Below are positions 1 through 12,249 of a DNA stretch of 64,000 nucleotides, one piece after another. The stretch lies in contig CM121342.1 of the NCBI GenBank assembly GCA_051530055.1, forward strand, positions 14,585,480 through 14,649,479. The letters are read 5' to 3'. The translations under genes were made by a program, and so were the position numbers. Position 1 is the first letter of the stretch. Each line of letters starts with the position of its first letter. The notes below the pieces were generated by a model that saw nothing but the letters and a program-made list of their open reading frames with translations, was not told the DNA's origin and did not search any database. The stretch comes from Neoechinorhynchus agilis (taxonomy: Eukaryota; Animalia; Acanthocephala).

Positions 1-1731
1 AGAGCACCATTTTATTTGAAGATATTCAGTCATGAATGGAGGAGATTAGCTCACTTCTTCTTGGGAAGCTGAACATCCGTTAATGCGGTGTCTTTCCTGT
101 GCTGGTACAGAGTAACATCCGTATTTTTCCCAGCGCTTCGTGAAGCACCTCGGACCATCTAGATAAAGGAATATTTATATCGAAAAGCACCAATTCTATC
201 GTTTTCCAAATGACTCCATTTAGACGCCCACATTGTCCGTTACTTTGAGGGTGGTAGGCGGTTGTATGGCTCAAACAAATTCGCCGAGCATTCAGCCATT
301 CGCGCAGACATGTGAACGACGACCCTCGATCAGAATGGATATATTCAGGGCATCCGAAAATCGAGAATTTCCTGGAAAGACAATCTTTCACCGTGTTAGC
401 TGAACAGTCACGACAGGCAAACGCCATTGGGAATCTGGAGTACTCATCCTACTCTAGTTTCCATCGCAGAATCCTCTCATTCCTGATTTTTTTGTGTGAT
501 CTTGATCCATCATGAAAAGGACAGACCTTTGGCCGGTGATAATTGTAAAGGGGCGAATAGCTAGGTATTTCCAGTGCTTTACCGCCTCGACGAGGGCATA
601 AGCCTCTTTCTCTACAATGCGATACTTTTTTTCGTGCTTGTTTAATGTTCTGGAAAAAATCCGACTGGACGTCCATCCTGAAAAAGTGCCGCCCCTATGG
701 CATTATCGGACGCGTCGGTCTCAAGCACGAATTATTTTTCTTCATCAATGTTGTCAATGACCGGATGTTTAATGGCCTCCTTCAGATCGTTGATTACCGA
801 CGTTAATTCACGAGTTAACGGAAAAATAATCTCCTTCAACACCAGGGGTTGGATTTTCCTCTAGTAATTGGGTATCCATCGGCTATAATATGCGAAGAAC
901 CCCATTAGTCTTTGAAGTGTTGTTGAGTTGGTAGGAATCCCAATATCGTTTAACGGCCTCAATCGGTTTAGGTCAGGTCTTAGCTGACCGTGACCAATTT
1001 CATATCCGAGGACGAAAATCCTATCCATCCCGTACATGCTTTTAGTGTTATTTAATCGTAATCCCTTTTTCAGCTATCACCCGGAAACGGTTGAGGTTTT
1101 CATCATGCTCTTCTTTTGTTTTCCCGCAAAATACGAGTAGGTGTTAGCTAACTTATACTTCTCAACGATGTGATTCATAAATCGCTGAAATGCTGCGACT
1201 CCATTGGTAACACCCATGGGGATCTTTTTGAACCGATACAGCTTGCCGCAAGCTTCGAATGAAGTATAGTTTCTCTCACTAGGATCGATTGACACTTGAT
1301 AATATGCATCTTTTAAATATATTTGACTGAACACTACATTTTCAGCGATTGCATTAACCATTTTGTCTATCCTAGGCAGGGGATAGGCGTCCAAATACGT
1401 GAAACGGTTTATTGTTCGTGAAAAATCTACCACTAGTCTATTTTCACCGTTTTCCTTTTTAATAATGAGAACTTGGGCTCGCCACGGAGAGTTTGACGGC
1501 TCTATGATCCCTTCGTTGAGCATACGCTCGATCTCTGATTTAACGAAGGCAGTATCATTTCGACTGAACGTTCGTGATTTCGTGATGACGGGCTTGCAGT
1601 CTGGGCTTAAATTCTCGAAAAGAAATGGAACGAACTCTGGTTCGCCATTTGTTTCGGTAGTGGACGTGGCTGCGAGTTCAAGAATATCTTAATTATGGTG
1701 GTGAACTGAAGGAAAAAATTATGAATATATT

Positions 1732-1773
1732 AATCAGAATTTTCGACCAATGCGTTGGTCTTCTTCAGTGATT
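1732..1773 (-). ncRNA. Minimal type I hammerhead ribozyme, PLE-terminal type (left arm of palindrome)
   Basis: Exact reverse complement of the motif at 1815-1856. Confidence 0.8.
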
Positions 1774-1814
1774 GTTTGCAAGTTACGCATTCACAGTTGA
1801 AAAAACTTGCAAAC

Positions 1815-1856
1815 AATCACTGAAGAAGACCAACGCATTGGTCGAAAATTCTGATT
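1815..1856 (+). ncRNA. Minimal type I hammerhead ribozyme, PLE-terminal type (right arm of palindrome)
   Basis: AATCA-CTGAAGA-A-GACCAA cgca TTGGTC-GAAA-ATT-C-TGATT: 5-bp stem I, intact core, 6-bp stem II, palindromic stem III (AATT). Predicted cleavage after C1851. Confidence 0.85.
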
Positions 1857-4358
1857 AATATATTCATAATTTTTTCCTTCAGTTCACCATCATAATTAAT
1901 TCCTAAATGAATATCTACACAATTCAATATCCTCGTGGCCAGATGTTCTCAGCCGCAATTCCTTATGTAGTTTGGTGAACGGTAATACCAAAATTACGTC
2001 ACTGCATAATTCGGACAGGATGAACAACTCAACGTTTTGGTATGTCCTTCCACCGTACCTTAACTCGATGATGACCCTGCCACGAGATCTCCTGCGGATA
2101 TGTCCAGAGGCCATTGACACATTCACGTAGGCCGGTTTCACAATGAATTTCATCTCCTTAGCGATTTTATCGTTGATGAAATTAAGTGAACTCCTGGGGT
2201 CCATCAGGGCAGAAAACTTTGAATCACTAATTCGTATCTCCATCATCAAGGAACCCTTATTCAATCCCTTCGTTGTAGTAGTAGCAAGGAATATAGATGA
2301 AAGTTTGACCTGAGTATTTTTCTTTGATTGGTACATTTTGGCGAATGGCCCTTTTTTGAACATTCGTAGCATTTTGCTTGACTCGCAGGGCAAAGGAATC
2401 TTGGGTGTCGTTTTTTTCCACAAAAAACAAAGCGATTTCAGATGAAAGTTGTAGTGCTTGTCAGATCGATCTTTTACACGAGCAGCATTGCATTTAGCGG
2501 AATCACTATCCATGTCGGAAATATCAACGGAATCGACCTCAGCTATTGTCAAACTTCTTAGCATGTTACTCGACGTGGTATTAAATTGATCCATGCTGTC
2601 CGTCGCACATTGGACACAGTTAGCGATTTCGACGGCTTTTGCCAATACCAAATCCTCTTGTTCGAGCAATCGTTGTCTTATTGCATCGGATCTGATGCCG
2701 GAGATGAAAGCATCTCCGATGAATTCCGATTTGGCCTCCTCACCATTGACAGCTTTGAATCGACAATTGCGAGCCATGTTAGTTAGACATTGGACGTATT
2801 GATCGATGCTCTCGTTCTCTGATTGTTTGCGGGTAGAGAGAAAATGCCTGCTTAGAACTTCATTGTGCTTTTTTGTTATATCTTTTCCAATAAGGCCCAG
2901 GCTTCTTCAAAAGTCTTGGTATCCTCCAAAACTTCGTATACATCGGGCCCAATATTGGCGTATATGTATTCAATTTATCATTATCAAGATCGACTGATTG
3001 AATCGTATATTTGAAGTTTCTCTTCCGTAGTTTGAACTTTTTTCGGAATCTTGTTCGAGCGGCATCGTATTAAACCTTTCTAGCCTGAAATTCGCTTTTA
3101 ACATTCTATTCGAACTGGTCGAACTTGTTGAAACGTCCATTGCAAGAAATTGTTTTTTTGCAATAAATTGATGTATGACCAAAACAGGGACTTTATCGCA
3201 CAAAAAAAACACCAAACACCACCAGGAGCGCGTGCTAAATGGTAGCAAAAGTGCGGTGATGACGCGGGGACGACGGCGCCAACAGTATCAATTATTTGTC
3301 AATACGAGAAAATAAATGAAATTAAGATTTTTCCAAAACGATCTTAGTAACGATAGACAGGAGATTATCAGAAAGCACGAGATTCGGACTTCTTATCTCA
3401 GGCAAATTTTAGAAGCTGGAAAAAGATCCCACGATAATGTTTAAGAACTTCCGTTTTAAATTATTGAGCTTGTCTCTTATCAGTCAGCAACAAGGATTTG
3501 TAAATCGGTCCAAAACTATCGTTTGTAGAATTTTTTTGTGTTGGATATTTCTCCGGTTGATTTCAAGTTGGTATATCTGAAAAAATTAGGCAGTGCTGAA
3601 AAAGTATCGGAGGTAAAAGGAGGTGCGAGTTATAGAAGGATGAAAGGAATTGAGATGGCGAGTTTTGATTGTTTACTCAAAATCTTATGAAGTATTCAAT
3701 GGGAATCTAGCAGCAGGACCTTGTAGATCATAACTGTTATGGTTATCGAACAATAATGACGGCATTTTCCATGGATACGTAAAAAATGTGTTTTGCAGTG
3801 TTGTGTTTTCGATGAAAAAGACGTGTTAAGAGTTCGTGTTCAAAAACCTGTCACCGGATAGATTCATCATGTAAGACGTTTTGGGAAGGTTTTAGCTTTT
3901 AGGTATGACTGTTGTGTTATATTTTCGTGAAGTTTGTAGATCTCAGAGTTCGTGATTTAAGCTGAAGGAAATCGCAACCTGTCTTATCTTTAAGCCTTTC
4001 TCTTTCTTTGTAGATATATACAAACGATGCTGATAAAGGAGGAACCCGTCGATGATGAAGGTCGTAACGCAGCACCGCAGGTAGCTTTTATCTGAGCTTA
4101 AAGTTTGTATTCAATCTATTAGACACCGATATGCAATAACACAATACTGGCAAATCTTGGGATATGCACTAATGTTCGCCGAATGCTATATCGCACTAAA
4201 CGTTCAGTCTCTTGGATGTTAAGAAACACCTTTTATCCTACTGTGGTTTGTTTGCACCTCAAACTTCATTGTATCAAACCGAGCGAATTCTAGTGCACCG
4301 AGGTTATTGCAAAGAAAGGATCATATTTAGAAAATAACTTAAAATTATGCCTTTCAGT

Positions 4359-7300
4359 GATACAGGGATATTCAACGCCTTTAGCAATGTCCTTAAATTC
4401 CATGGTGAGTACTTTGTATACTCACGGATATATGGAGAAGTCTGACGTTAAATATACAAGGTACACTTTCTACATAAATTATTTTCTCAAATTTAATATA
4501 TTTTCCGCAGTAAACTCATGGAATTCAAGGATGGCGGAAAGCTAAAATTGGATATTGCTTCTCCACCTACGAAACAAAGCGATGAATTACTTAAAAAAGT
4601 TGCACTTGTCCTACCTGGAGTTGAAGGTAAGCCTCCCGTTCATTTACTATTGTCTTCTTGCAGGAACACTTATTATTCTTTGTGAGTTTGCCACTGTATT
4701 TCAGTTCATGCAGCTTTTAGTGATGAAGAATTTCCTTATTCCTGCAGTTTATTTTTGTTAGTGACTAATCTAATAAAGATGCCGACGAAGTTTTTTTAGT
4801 ATCTAGTACCTGTTGACATGGTGGATGAACCAAACAGCGAACCTCTTTTTTGCAACAAAACTCTATGTGTGTACAACACACTATTTTATGCCCATTTACG
4901 CCAGCACCATCAATAGCGTACATAGCACAATCAATAGGGTACATAGCACAAGCAATAGCGTACTTACCACATTTCCTTCCCGCAAATTCCTAACCTATTT
5001 TGCGGTATTCGTCGTACGGCCTCCGATGACGTTGACTTCTCCTTAAGAAAGGTGTTGCGTGCTCTCGGTCTTCGTTTTCCTTTAACTTCGGTTGCATCTA
5101 GGCCTGCCATGATTTCGTGACTTCACCTCCATCTTCTGCATCGAACTCTACCTTCCTTTGAAGTTCTTCCTCTTCGACCTTTATGCTTACTTTATCCTTT
5201 TATTGTTCACATTCTTCGTAGTCTTCTTCCCTTTTCCTCACGAAATCCCCATGTGCCCTATTTTGCGTTCCGTTTTTATCCACGATTCGATAGGACACCG
5301 GTCATGATCGTTGCTCCACGACTCCCTTTTGCCATTTCCCAGCTCTTCCTTTTTTCCACCACACTTCATTGCCTTCCCCAAACTCGCGATAACGCCCATC
5401 CGGTCTCTGCCTCTGTCTTCGCACTGTCCTGTCTCGCACTGTTTCCTCTGTATTTGGTCTGATATTGTCGAACACTGTATTCATCCTCCTCCCTAACATC
5501 ATTTCTGCTGGAGCTTTTCCTGTGATTGCATGAGGCGTGTTTCTGTATGTTTGTAGAAATTCCGTAAGTGCCTTTCGAGTATCCATTCCTTCCCCTGCCA
5601 TTCCACGTCGTTTAAGGGTTCCTATAAATCGTTCTACCAAACCATTCGTTTGTGGGTGGTAGGGACTCGCCTTTATGGTCTCGATCCCATTTTCTTCGCA
5701 AAACGCCCTGAAGTGTTGTGACATAAATTGAGACCCGTTATCGCTCACAATTTTCTTTGGAGTCCCGAATCGAGCAAATGCTTCCCTCATCCGATCGATC
5801 ACCATTTCGGATGTTATTTTGCATGTATTGAAGAACCAAACCTCGGGCCACTTACTCCTTGCATCTACGATCGCCAAATACATCTTGGAGTTTGTCGGTC
5901 CCGCCAAATCGATGCGCACGCTCTCCCACACTTCCGCTGGATAGTCCCAAGGTATAAGCGGCAGTTGTTGAATAAGGCAATGAAGTGTGGTGGAAAAAGG
6001 AAGAGCTGGGAAATGGCAAAAGGGAGTCGTGGAGCAACGATCAGAACCGGTGTCCTATCGAATCGTGGATAAAAACGGAACGCAAAATAGGGCGCACGGG
6101 GATTTCGTGAAGAAAATGGGATCGAGACCATAAAGGCGAGTCCTTACCACCCACAAACGAATGGGTTGGTAGAACGATTTATAGGAACCCTTAAACGACG
6201 CGGAATGGCAGGGGAAGGAATGGATACTCGAAGGGCACTTACGGAATTTCTACAAACATACAGAAACACGTCTCATACAATCACAGGAAAAGCAAAAGCA
6301 GAAATGATGTTAGGGAGGAGGATGAATATAGTGTTCGACAATATCAGACCAAATACAGAGGAAGCAGTGCGAGACAGGACAGCGCGAAGACAGAGGCAGA
6401 GACCGGATGGGCGTTATCGCGAGTTTGGGGAAGGCAATGAAGTGTGGTGGAAAAAAGGAAGAGCTGGGAAATGGAAAAAGGGAGTCGTGGAGCAACGATC
6501 AGGACACCGGTCCTATTGTCTTCTTGCAGGAACACTTATTATTCTTTGTGAGTTTGCCACTGTATTTCAGTCCATGCAGCTTTTAGTGATGAATAATTTC
6601 CTTATTCCTGCAGTTTATTTTTGTTAGTGACTAATATAATAACGATGCCGACGAATTTTTTTAGTATTTAGTACCCATATACAATGCTTATCACCTCGAC
6701 TTTAACATTCAACAGATTTTTCACTTTTCATATAGGTTCGAGCGACGCAAACTACATAACTCGCATTGCTGAAAGTTTGCTAAAAAAGAACCACGAGGTT
6801 GTTGTCATGAATTACAGAGGAACCCTCTGTGATTTGACATCAAATTTGAAGACAAAAAGTGCTCTGGATACTAATGACCTCGCCTGCGTCCTCGAATACA
6901 TAAAAGCAATATATCCAAAATCACGGTTGCTTCTAATTGGATTCTCTTTGGGCGGGTATGAGATTTGCGAAGGTTTTCACGAAACGATTTTATTTTAGTA
7001 TAATTTCCTCCAACCTACTTTCTAATCCTTCAATCAAGCAACGGGAGCTGGTCGATGCAGCGTTTCTAGTGTCATCAGCTTTCAATCTCGTAGAGTTAGA
7101 GAAAATAATGTCAAGTTATATAAATAGTAATTGTGTTCGGAATCGATATACAACATATTTGTATCACCCGGAGGAGAAAATTGGCTTAGCTATGTTCCGA
7201 ATCATGATTAAATGTCACTGTTGCCTGTGAGAGCTTGTTCACAATTTTAAGCACTTCTCCTAAATTACAGATTCTGAACACAATTAGCAAACCTCTGGCT

Positions 7301-7831
7301 AGCACGCTTCTCTATTCTAGAGTAATAGAGAGACTATTAAAGTAATTCTTTTTCTTCTTTTTAGACTTCATCTTCCCTTTCGCAGCCACAAATCGATTCA
7401 GAATACTAAGCAACTTGACATCAATCGGATAAGGAATGCAAAATGTGCTCGGGAATTCGACAATGCCTACACCATCCCAGTATATGGATATCCTGATGTT
7501 GATTATTATTATCGAAATGCTTCGTTTCACGATAAACTTCATCAGATAGCTATCCCTACTGTCTACATGAACGCCCTTGACGATATATTTTCTCCCGCCA
7601 AGAGTACGTAGGAGGCAGTCAAATCGGCGACACTCTTAATCGATTTTAATTCCAGTTCTACCACTTAAATCAATACAGAATTGTGACAACGTTGCCATGA
7701 TTACAACAGATTATGGTGGGCACATTGGATATGCAAAAGACCTATCGCCTTACTCTGGTTTCTATGTTTGTGATGTTCTCGAAGATTTTATTGGCTTGCT
7801 AGACAATGGGAAAGTGCCTCGTAAAAATTGA
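4359..7831 (+). CDS. ABHD1/2/3-like alpha/beta hydrolase, multi-exon; 5'-most exons unresolved
   Basis: Exons near 4359-4460, 4511-4626 (KDGGKLKLD...VLPGVEG), 6736-6957 (VMNYRG, GFSLGG nucleophile motif), from 6999, about 7385-7600 (REFD, NALDD acid) and 7657-7831 (GGHIG His). GT-AG sites are in compatible phases where checked. Confidence 0.85.
4811..6512 (-). mobile_element. Gypsy 3' end (LTR 4811-4971, PPT, integrase) with inverted integrase duplications, inside an ABHD intron
   Basis: 161-bp TGT...ACA LTR containing three 21-bp tandem units, preceded by PPT GGGAAGGAAA. IN ORF 5302-5931 (IVSDNGSQF, SPYHPQTNG). Plus-strand IN copies at 5974-6512. Confidence 0.85.
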
Positions 7832-8067
7832 TCAATTTGAACTGAGCGACAAATCACAAAAGATATCCTATAAGTTATTGAAACTTTATTTGTTAATGTG
7901 AGCAACAACAAGCTCAATAGCGATTCCATAAAAGCTTGATTTTAAACGTTCTCTTTGAAGAAACAATATTTCTGAGTTTCTCTCCTACTGTTGCCGCAAT
8001 CCGCCGGTCCATAAAAGATGCGACTACATCCCTTCCTCGGATTATTTCTCTTTTTTAAGCATATATC

Positions 8068-8156
8068 CCAACCGATCTCTTACATCAGAGAAGTGATTGA
8101 ATCACTTCGACTCTGATGCATATCGCTATGTTCTCTGATGTAAGAGATTGGTTTGG
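8068..8156. repeat. Fold-back fragment of the SINE-A 3' domain forming a 25-bp hairpin
   Basis: Arms 8068-8092 and 8131-8156 are complementary. 8071-8122 is nearly identical to 59293-59344. Confidence 0.75.
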
Positions 8157-8559
8157 CTGTATGCATTAAAAAGAAAAATAAGCGGAGAAATGGATTTTCT
8201 TGAAACACAGTGCCTCTTCTTCTTGAAACTATTTGCGAGGGTGATCCCTTTATTGTTGTATGACTGCAATCTTGTCTTCGCCTTCATTATCGAGTGGTTC
8301 ATCCTATTAGTTTCATAGTGTTGTAAATAGGTGATGGTATGTGCGGATGATTTATTCATTTGAAAGACGAGGCGACCATTCAAACTACCGTGAATGATTA
8401 TCAGAATCTGGGGGTAGAATTGATCACTATAGACCACTTGAGTCTTATCGGAAGTTACATTTTTCGTTCTAATGTTGAAGCAGAAATTGCCAATCTTCAA
8501 GTGCAACTTTCGGTGCTGTGTGAATGAGTTGATGAATTATCATCATCCGAAGCTCTGTT

Positions 8560-9315
8560 ACTGATCAAGAACACCCTCTTTATTCCAAAACTGCTTTATA
8601 AGCTGTGCATAGCACCTTTTCTAGAAATAAGGATAAGCTGGCAAAATTAGACGAGACGGTGAAAGCCTCTCTCGAGAAAAAGCGTCCCTGCATGTGTCGT
8701 CCGGCGGTTTGGGTATCCGAAAAGCAGCCGATATTTCTCTGCCAGCTTATTTGGGATCGTATGAAGCAAGCCGCAACATAGTTCAGTCCTTTCTTGGCGA
8801 GAATTACAATTTGGATGAAGATTTCGTGGAGGCTCTTAATCTTTGGTGTGGAGATTCAGGCAGTGAGCAGGTCCCCGTCAATGGTTGCAAACAATCAGCT
8901 TGGGACTCACCCTTGGTAGCGAGAATTCATAACTCCTTAATTTCCGATTCTCGTGACCTGGTGAATCGAACTCGATTGGCGGCAGTCTCTACAAGAGAAT
9001 TGGGTGCTTGGCTCAACGCTATCCCAATCGCTTCTGTGGGTACCCTTCTCTCCAACGAGACAGTAAGGATTAGTGTCCCTGAGACTAGGGGTACCGATGT
9101 GCACATCCCATCGCTGCCATTACGGAGGGACCGTGGAACCATCAGGGTGCCATGGTCTCGTCTGTCGGCAATCAGGCGGGAGGTACTCACGACACGCCGA
9201 AGTGAACGCAATTCTTAGCCGTGTCCTGAATACTGTGAATGCGCCCGACATCCTAGAGGTTAGCAATCTTTGCCGACTCGATGGCGGTAGACCGGACGGT
9301 GTCACAGTATCCTCA
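8560..9315 (+). mobile_element. CRE-like (RLE-clade) non-LTR retrotransposon C-terminal fragment
   Basis: GGLGIR, WLNAIP, CCHC-like HGLVC...RYSRH and RLE motif DGGRPDG in frameshifted ORFs 8694-9218 and 9073-9324. Confidence 0.8.
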
Positions 9316-9344
9316 ACGAAATAAACGAATTAATAATATCAAGA

Positions 9345-9410
9345 AGATAACCCAGCTATCGGGTGGCTCGGTACCGGTCCCAAGTCCGGACAAGTGGGGA
9401 GGGTTGGCGT
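9345..9410 (+). ncRNA. Twister-like ribozyme at the 5' end of an RTE element
   Basis: TAACCC-[AGCTA/TGGCT hairpin]-CCGGTCCCAAGTCCGG-ACAAGT-GGGGAGGGTT resembles the twister consensus (UAA...CCGGUCCCAAGCCCGG...GGAGGG). The P1 partner is not evident and AAGC reads AAGT. Confidence 0.55.
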
Positions 9411-10640
9411 TAGGAAGGGCATCCGGCCGTAAAGCTTGAGCCAAAAACACATCAGCAATGTCAAGTCTAATACCTCCGATCGATCGGGCTGGGGCGTTCC
9501 CTTCATGCGACGCGCGAACCCGGCGCCCGGGGTTTGTTATAAATTATTCAGGGTTACCGGATCAACGACGGGTCCGGCTAAAGAAGCTAGTCGATTTCAA
9601 AATACGAATCGGCACCCTGAATGTAGGTTCAATGACCGGGAGAAGCAGGGAAGTGGCCGATTTGATGAATAGGATAAAATCGAAATTCTTGGCGTCCAGG
9701 AGATCAGATGGAAAGGAGGGAAGGCTAAGGAATTTGACGACGGATTTAAACTGTTCTATAGTAGAGGAGCAAGTGACACGAAAGGAGTGGGTGTCATAGT
9801 ATCAAAGGACCAAGTGGACAACGTCGTAGGGGTGACACGAACAAGCGATCGGGTAAGGGCGCTGAAGGTAAGCGTTAACGGCGAAGCCACGACAATAGTT
9901 TCTGCGTACGCCCCACAACTGGGTTGTAGTGAAGAGGAGAAGAAGCAATTTTGGCTAGATTTATCGGAAGTGACAAGGCCTAGGGAGGGTCGATGTGTGA
10001 TAACCGGTGATTTCAACGGGCACGTGGGGCAGATAGATGGATGCGAGCGAATTCATGAAAGACACAGTGCAAGATCAAGGAACGCCGAGGGTGTAAAACT
10101 ATTTTATTACGCAGCAGCGTTGGAGCTGCGTATTTCCAATACTTCAAAAAAGACCCATGACACCTTTACACATACTCAAGCGGTGGAAGATCAAGCCAAA
10201 TCGATTTCATTTAGTATCCGATAGGGATATAGGGTGAAATTCAGAATGTCAAGATAATACTAGGAGAGGAGTGCACCAGGCAACATAAAGTGCTCGTGAT
10301 GGACCTCAATATTCGAAGGAAAGCCACACAGCCGACAACGAGCATTGCGCCTAAAATCAAGTCGTGGAGGCTAGGCTCAACTGGAAGTTTCGGCCTCGAA
10401 TGCAGACGCTTACAAACAGGCAAAAAGGAAGGCCGCGCGAGAATGCGCCAATGCCAAGAGGGAAGGCGATAACGACCTGTACGAGCAATTACAGCGAGGG
10501 AGTTGTAGATATATGGTCTTCAGGTTGGCTAAAGTCAGGGATAAAAAATCGCGGGATATCGTGCACCTCAAAATGATCAGTGATAGCCACGGAAAGACGC
10601 TGGACCAATGCAAGGACATTTTGGATAGGTGAAAGGAATG
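9345..10640 (+). mobile_element. RTE-clade LINE 5' portion (UTR plus APE endonuclease), degenerate
   Basis: IRIGTLNVGSMTGRSRE, VSAYAPQLG, ITGDFNGHVG. UTR motif GGAAGGGCATCCGGCCGTAAA. Frameshifted. Confidence 0.88.
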
Positions 10641-10649
10641 CGGGAGAAA

Positions 10650-11191
10650 ATCAACTGTTCAAATTTTAGAGGCGCGGAAAGATCGGGCGAAGGGATTCCT
10701 AAATGGTGGAGTTTGAGGAGATAAATTTTAAAGGTATTGCATTTGATGGGAAAGTGAAATGTGCGGGTTCCATTTCTGATATGATTGAAATTAACCAAAC
10801 ATTCGGAGAGGTGACCCGTCGGATGTCATTCGGAAGCTTTTGTTAAGATTGAGGAGATCATCTGGAAGCATTTAGAGAAGTTCAGGTAGAGTTCGTGATT
10901 GGTGCAGAAATCTTTGATGTGAATGATTTCGTTAGATGTTAAGGAGAGGGAGAGATGGGAGTGTCATTTTGTGATGAGGGTGAGATCATCGAAATATAAG
11001 AAAAGTTTACAGTGTTGCGAGGAAGGTTTCAGTTCGTTTAAGAAAATATTAAAAAGAAGTGGTGACAGGGTGAGGGATACCCGGCAGTGAATGTATTGTT
11101 TGCGATTGTGAAATGATAAGAAAAGAGCCAAGCAGGCCCTCGATAAATCCAGTTGACAAATACGGGCAACGTAAACGAACCAAACGCTCAA
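10650..11191 (-). mobile_element. CR1/Jockey-like LINE RT fragment
   Basis: LSPLLFNIFLNEL...LYFDD resembles RT motifs 4-5. Confidence 0.6.
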
Positions 11192-11610
11192 ATCATATCA
11201 ACGGAACACAAACTACCAGCATCAAAAAAGCGTGCAATAGATCAAGATAACGTCATTAGATTTAATATATAATCTTTCATACAAAAATAGCGCACAATCA
11301 AAAATTGAAGTGAATTCTTCCGCATTTGTTTACACGTCACCAAGGTTACGTTGTTTGTTTATTGTTTTTAACAATGTCTAATCTCATGGAATCAGACACA
11401 GATGATGCAAGTTCATGTTCTTATGTTTTAATTGGGCCGCACAGTAGATTTGCACGAAACACATTGAAAAAATTGGATGTCAGTTTAATGTTGGTATAAA
11501 CGTTTTAATGCTACTTGCCATTTTAGTCAGGACGAGTTGGTTGTGCAAAAACTCATACTCCGATTGATTGCTCTTCATTAAAATCTGAATACAGGGCTAA
11601 TTTCGTTTCT

Positions 11611-12009
11611 ATGGATGACGTATCGCGTCGCCAAATCGAGCGAATTATTGAGGAGAACCGGTGTTTGGCTATGGCAATGCATCGCCGAATTCGCGGCGAC
11701 CGCGTTGGTCAACTCTTAAAGCAGTACAGGTAAGTTCGCAAATCGACTATATATTCTTTTGATGTTCAAAGTAGACCAAATGTCGAACAATTGGCAAGTA
11801 ACAACAACTGTCGCGTGAATAGTAGTCGTGTCACGGATCACGTCAAGAAACTCGTCGATAAACAACAACAAACTTCTCCTGTCCATTCAGGTTTCCTTTT
11901 GTTTCCATTTTCCTCCCCCCAAACTCATTATCTATCAGTTACATATCCATCACAATGTTCATCTTCTGAATGTGCAAAATCACGACGTAGGATTCACCGT
12001 AAAAAATAA
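11611..12009 (+). CDS. Putative two-exon small protein with weak SSXT (SS18 N-terminal)-like N-terminus
   Basis: Exon 11611-11729, 42-nt GT-AG intron, exon 11772-12009 in phase 2. QIERIIEEN..LA.AM...N...LA loosely resembles SSXT. Confidence 0.35.
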
Positions 12010-12249
12010 ACGTTTTAAGTGATTTTTAACACGATTGTCTTACCGATTCGCGTGTTATGATTTGCTGATGTCATTCAATCCTTTTCTTCACTCTCGGAAC
12101 GTGTATTTAAACAATCCGTGTAGTGACATTTGGTTTTTAGATTCGCAAATCATTCACGATCGTGTATTTATCTCTTATTAGGCAGTAAAAAGCTCAAAGA
12201 CGAAACCTTTTTAACATATTTTCAAAACGTATAGGTTGTCGTTCAGACA

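Larger units (their letters stand above)
1..3260 (-). mobile_element. Degenerate Ty3/gypsy LTR retrotransposon internal region (gag-PR-RT-RH-IN)
   Basis: Minus-strand ORF fragments in gypsy order: gag (2586-3248), protease-like (ALMDPRSS, 1896-2777), RT (SPWRAQV, DAYPLPRID, IPMGVTNG, 1077-1523) and integrase core (IHSDRGSSF, YHPQSNG, 80-427). Many frameshifts and stops. Truncated by the window start. Confidence 0.9.

Noticed and set aside
3262-3290. PBS-like TGGCGCCGTCGT upstream of gag
   Set aside because: The position fits, but I cannot assign a tRNA or see a canonical LTR end, so it is not listed as a feature.
4662-4690. 18-nt microexon (CAG|GAACACTTATTATTCTTT|GTGAGT), duplicated near 6530
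   Set aside because: PGVEG joined to SSDANYI already matches the ABHD motif without it. Not excluded without RNA data.
7055-7085. CTGATGA...GAAA on the minus strand of ABHD exons (also near 7525-7550)
   Set aside because: No stem II or stem I. These are chance matches antisense to coding sequence.
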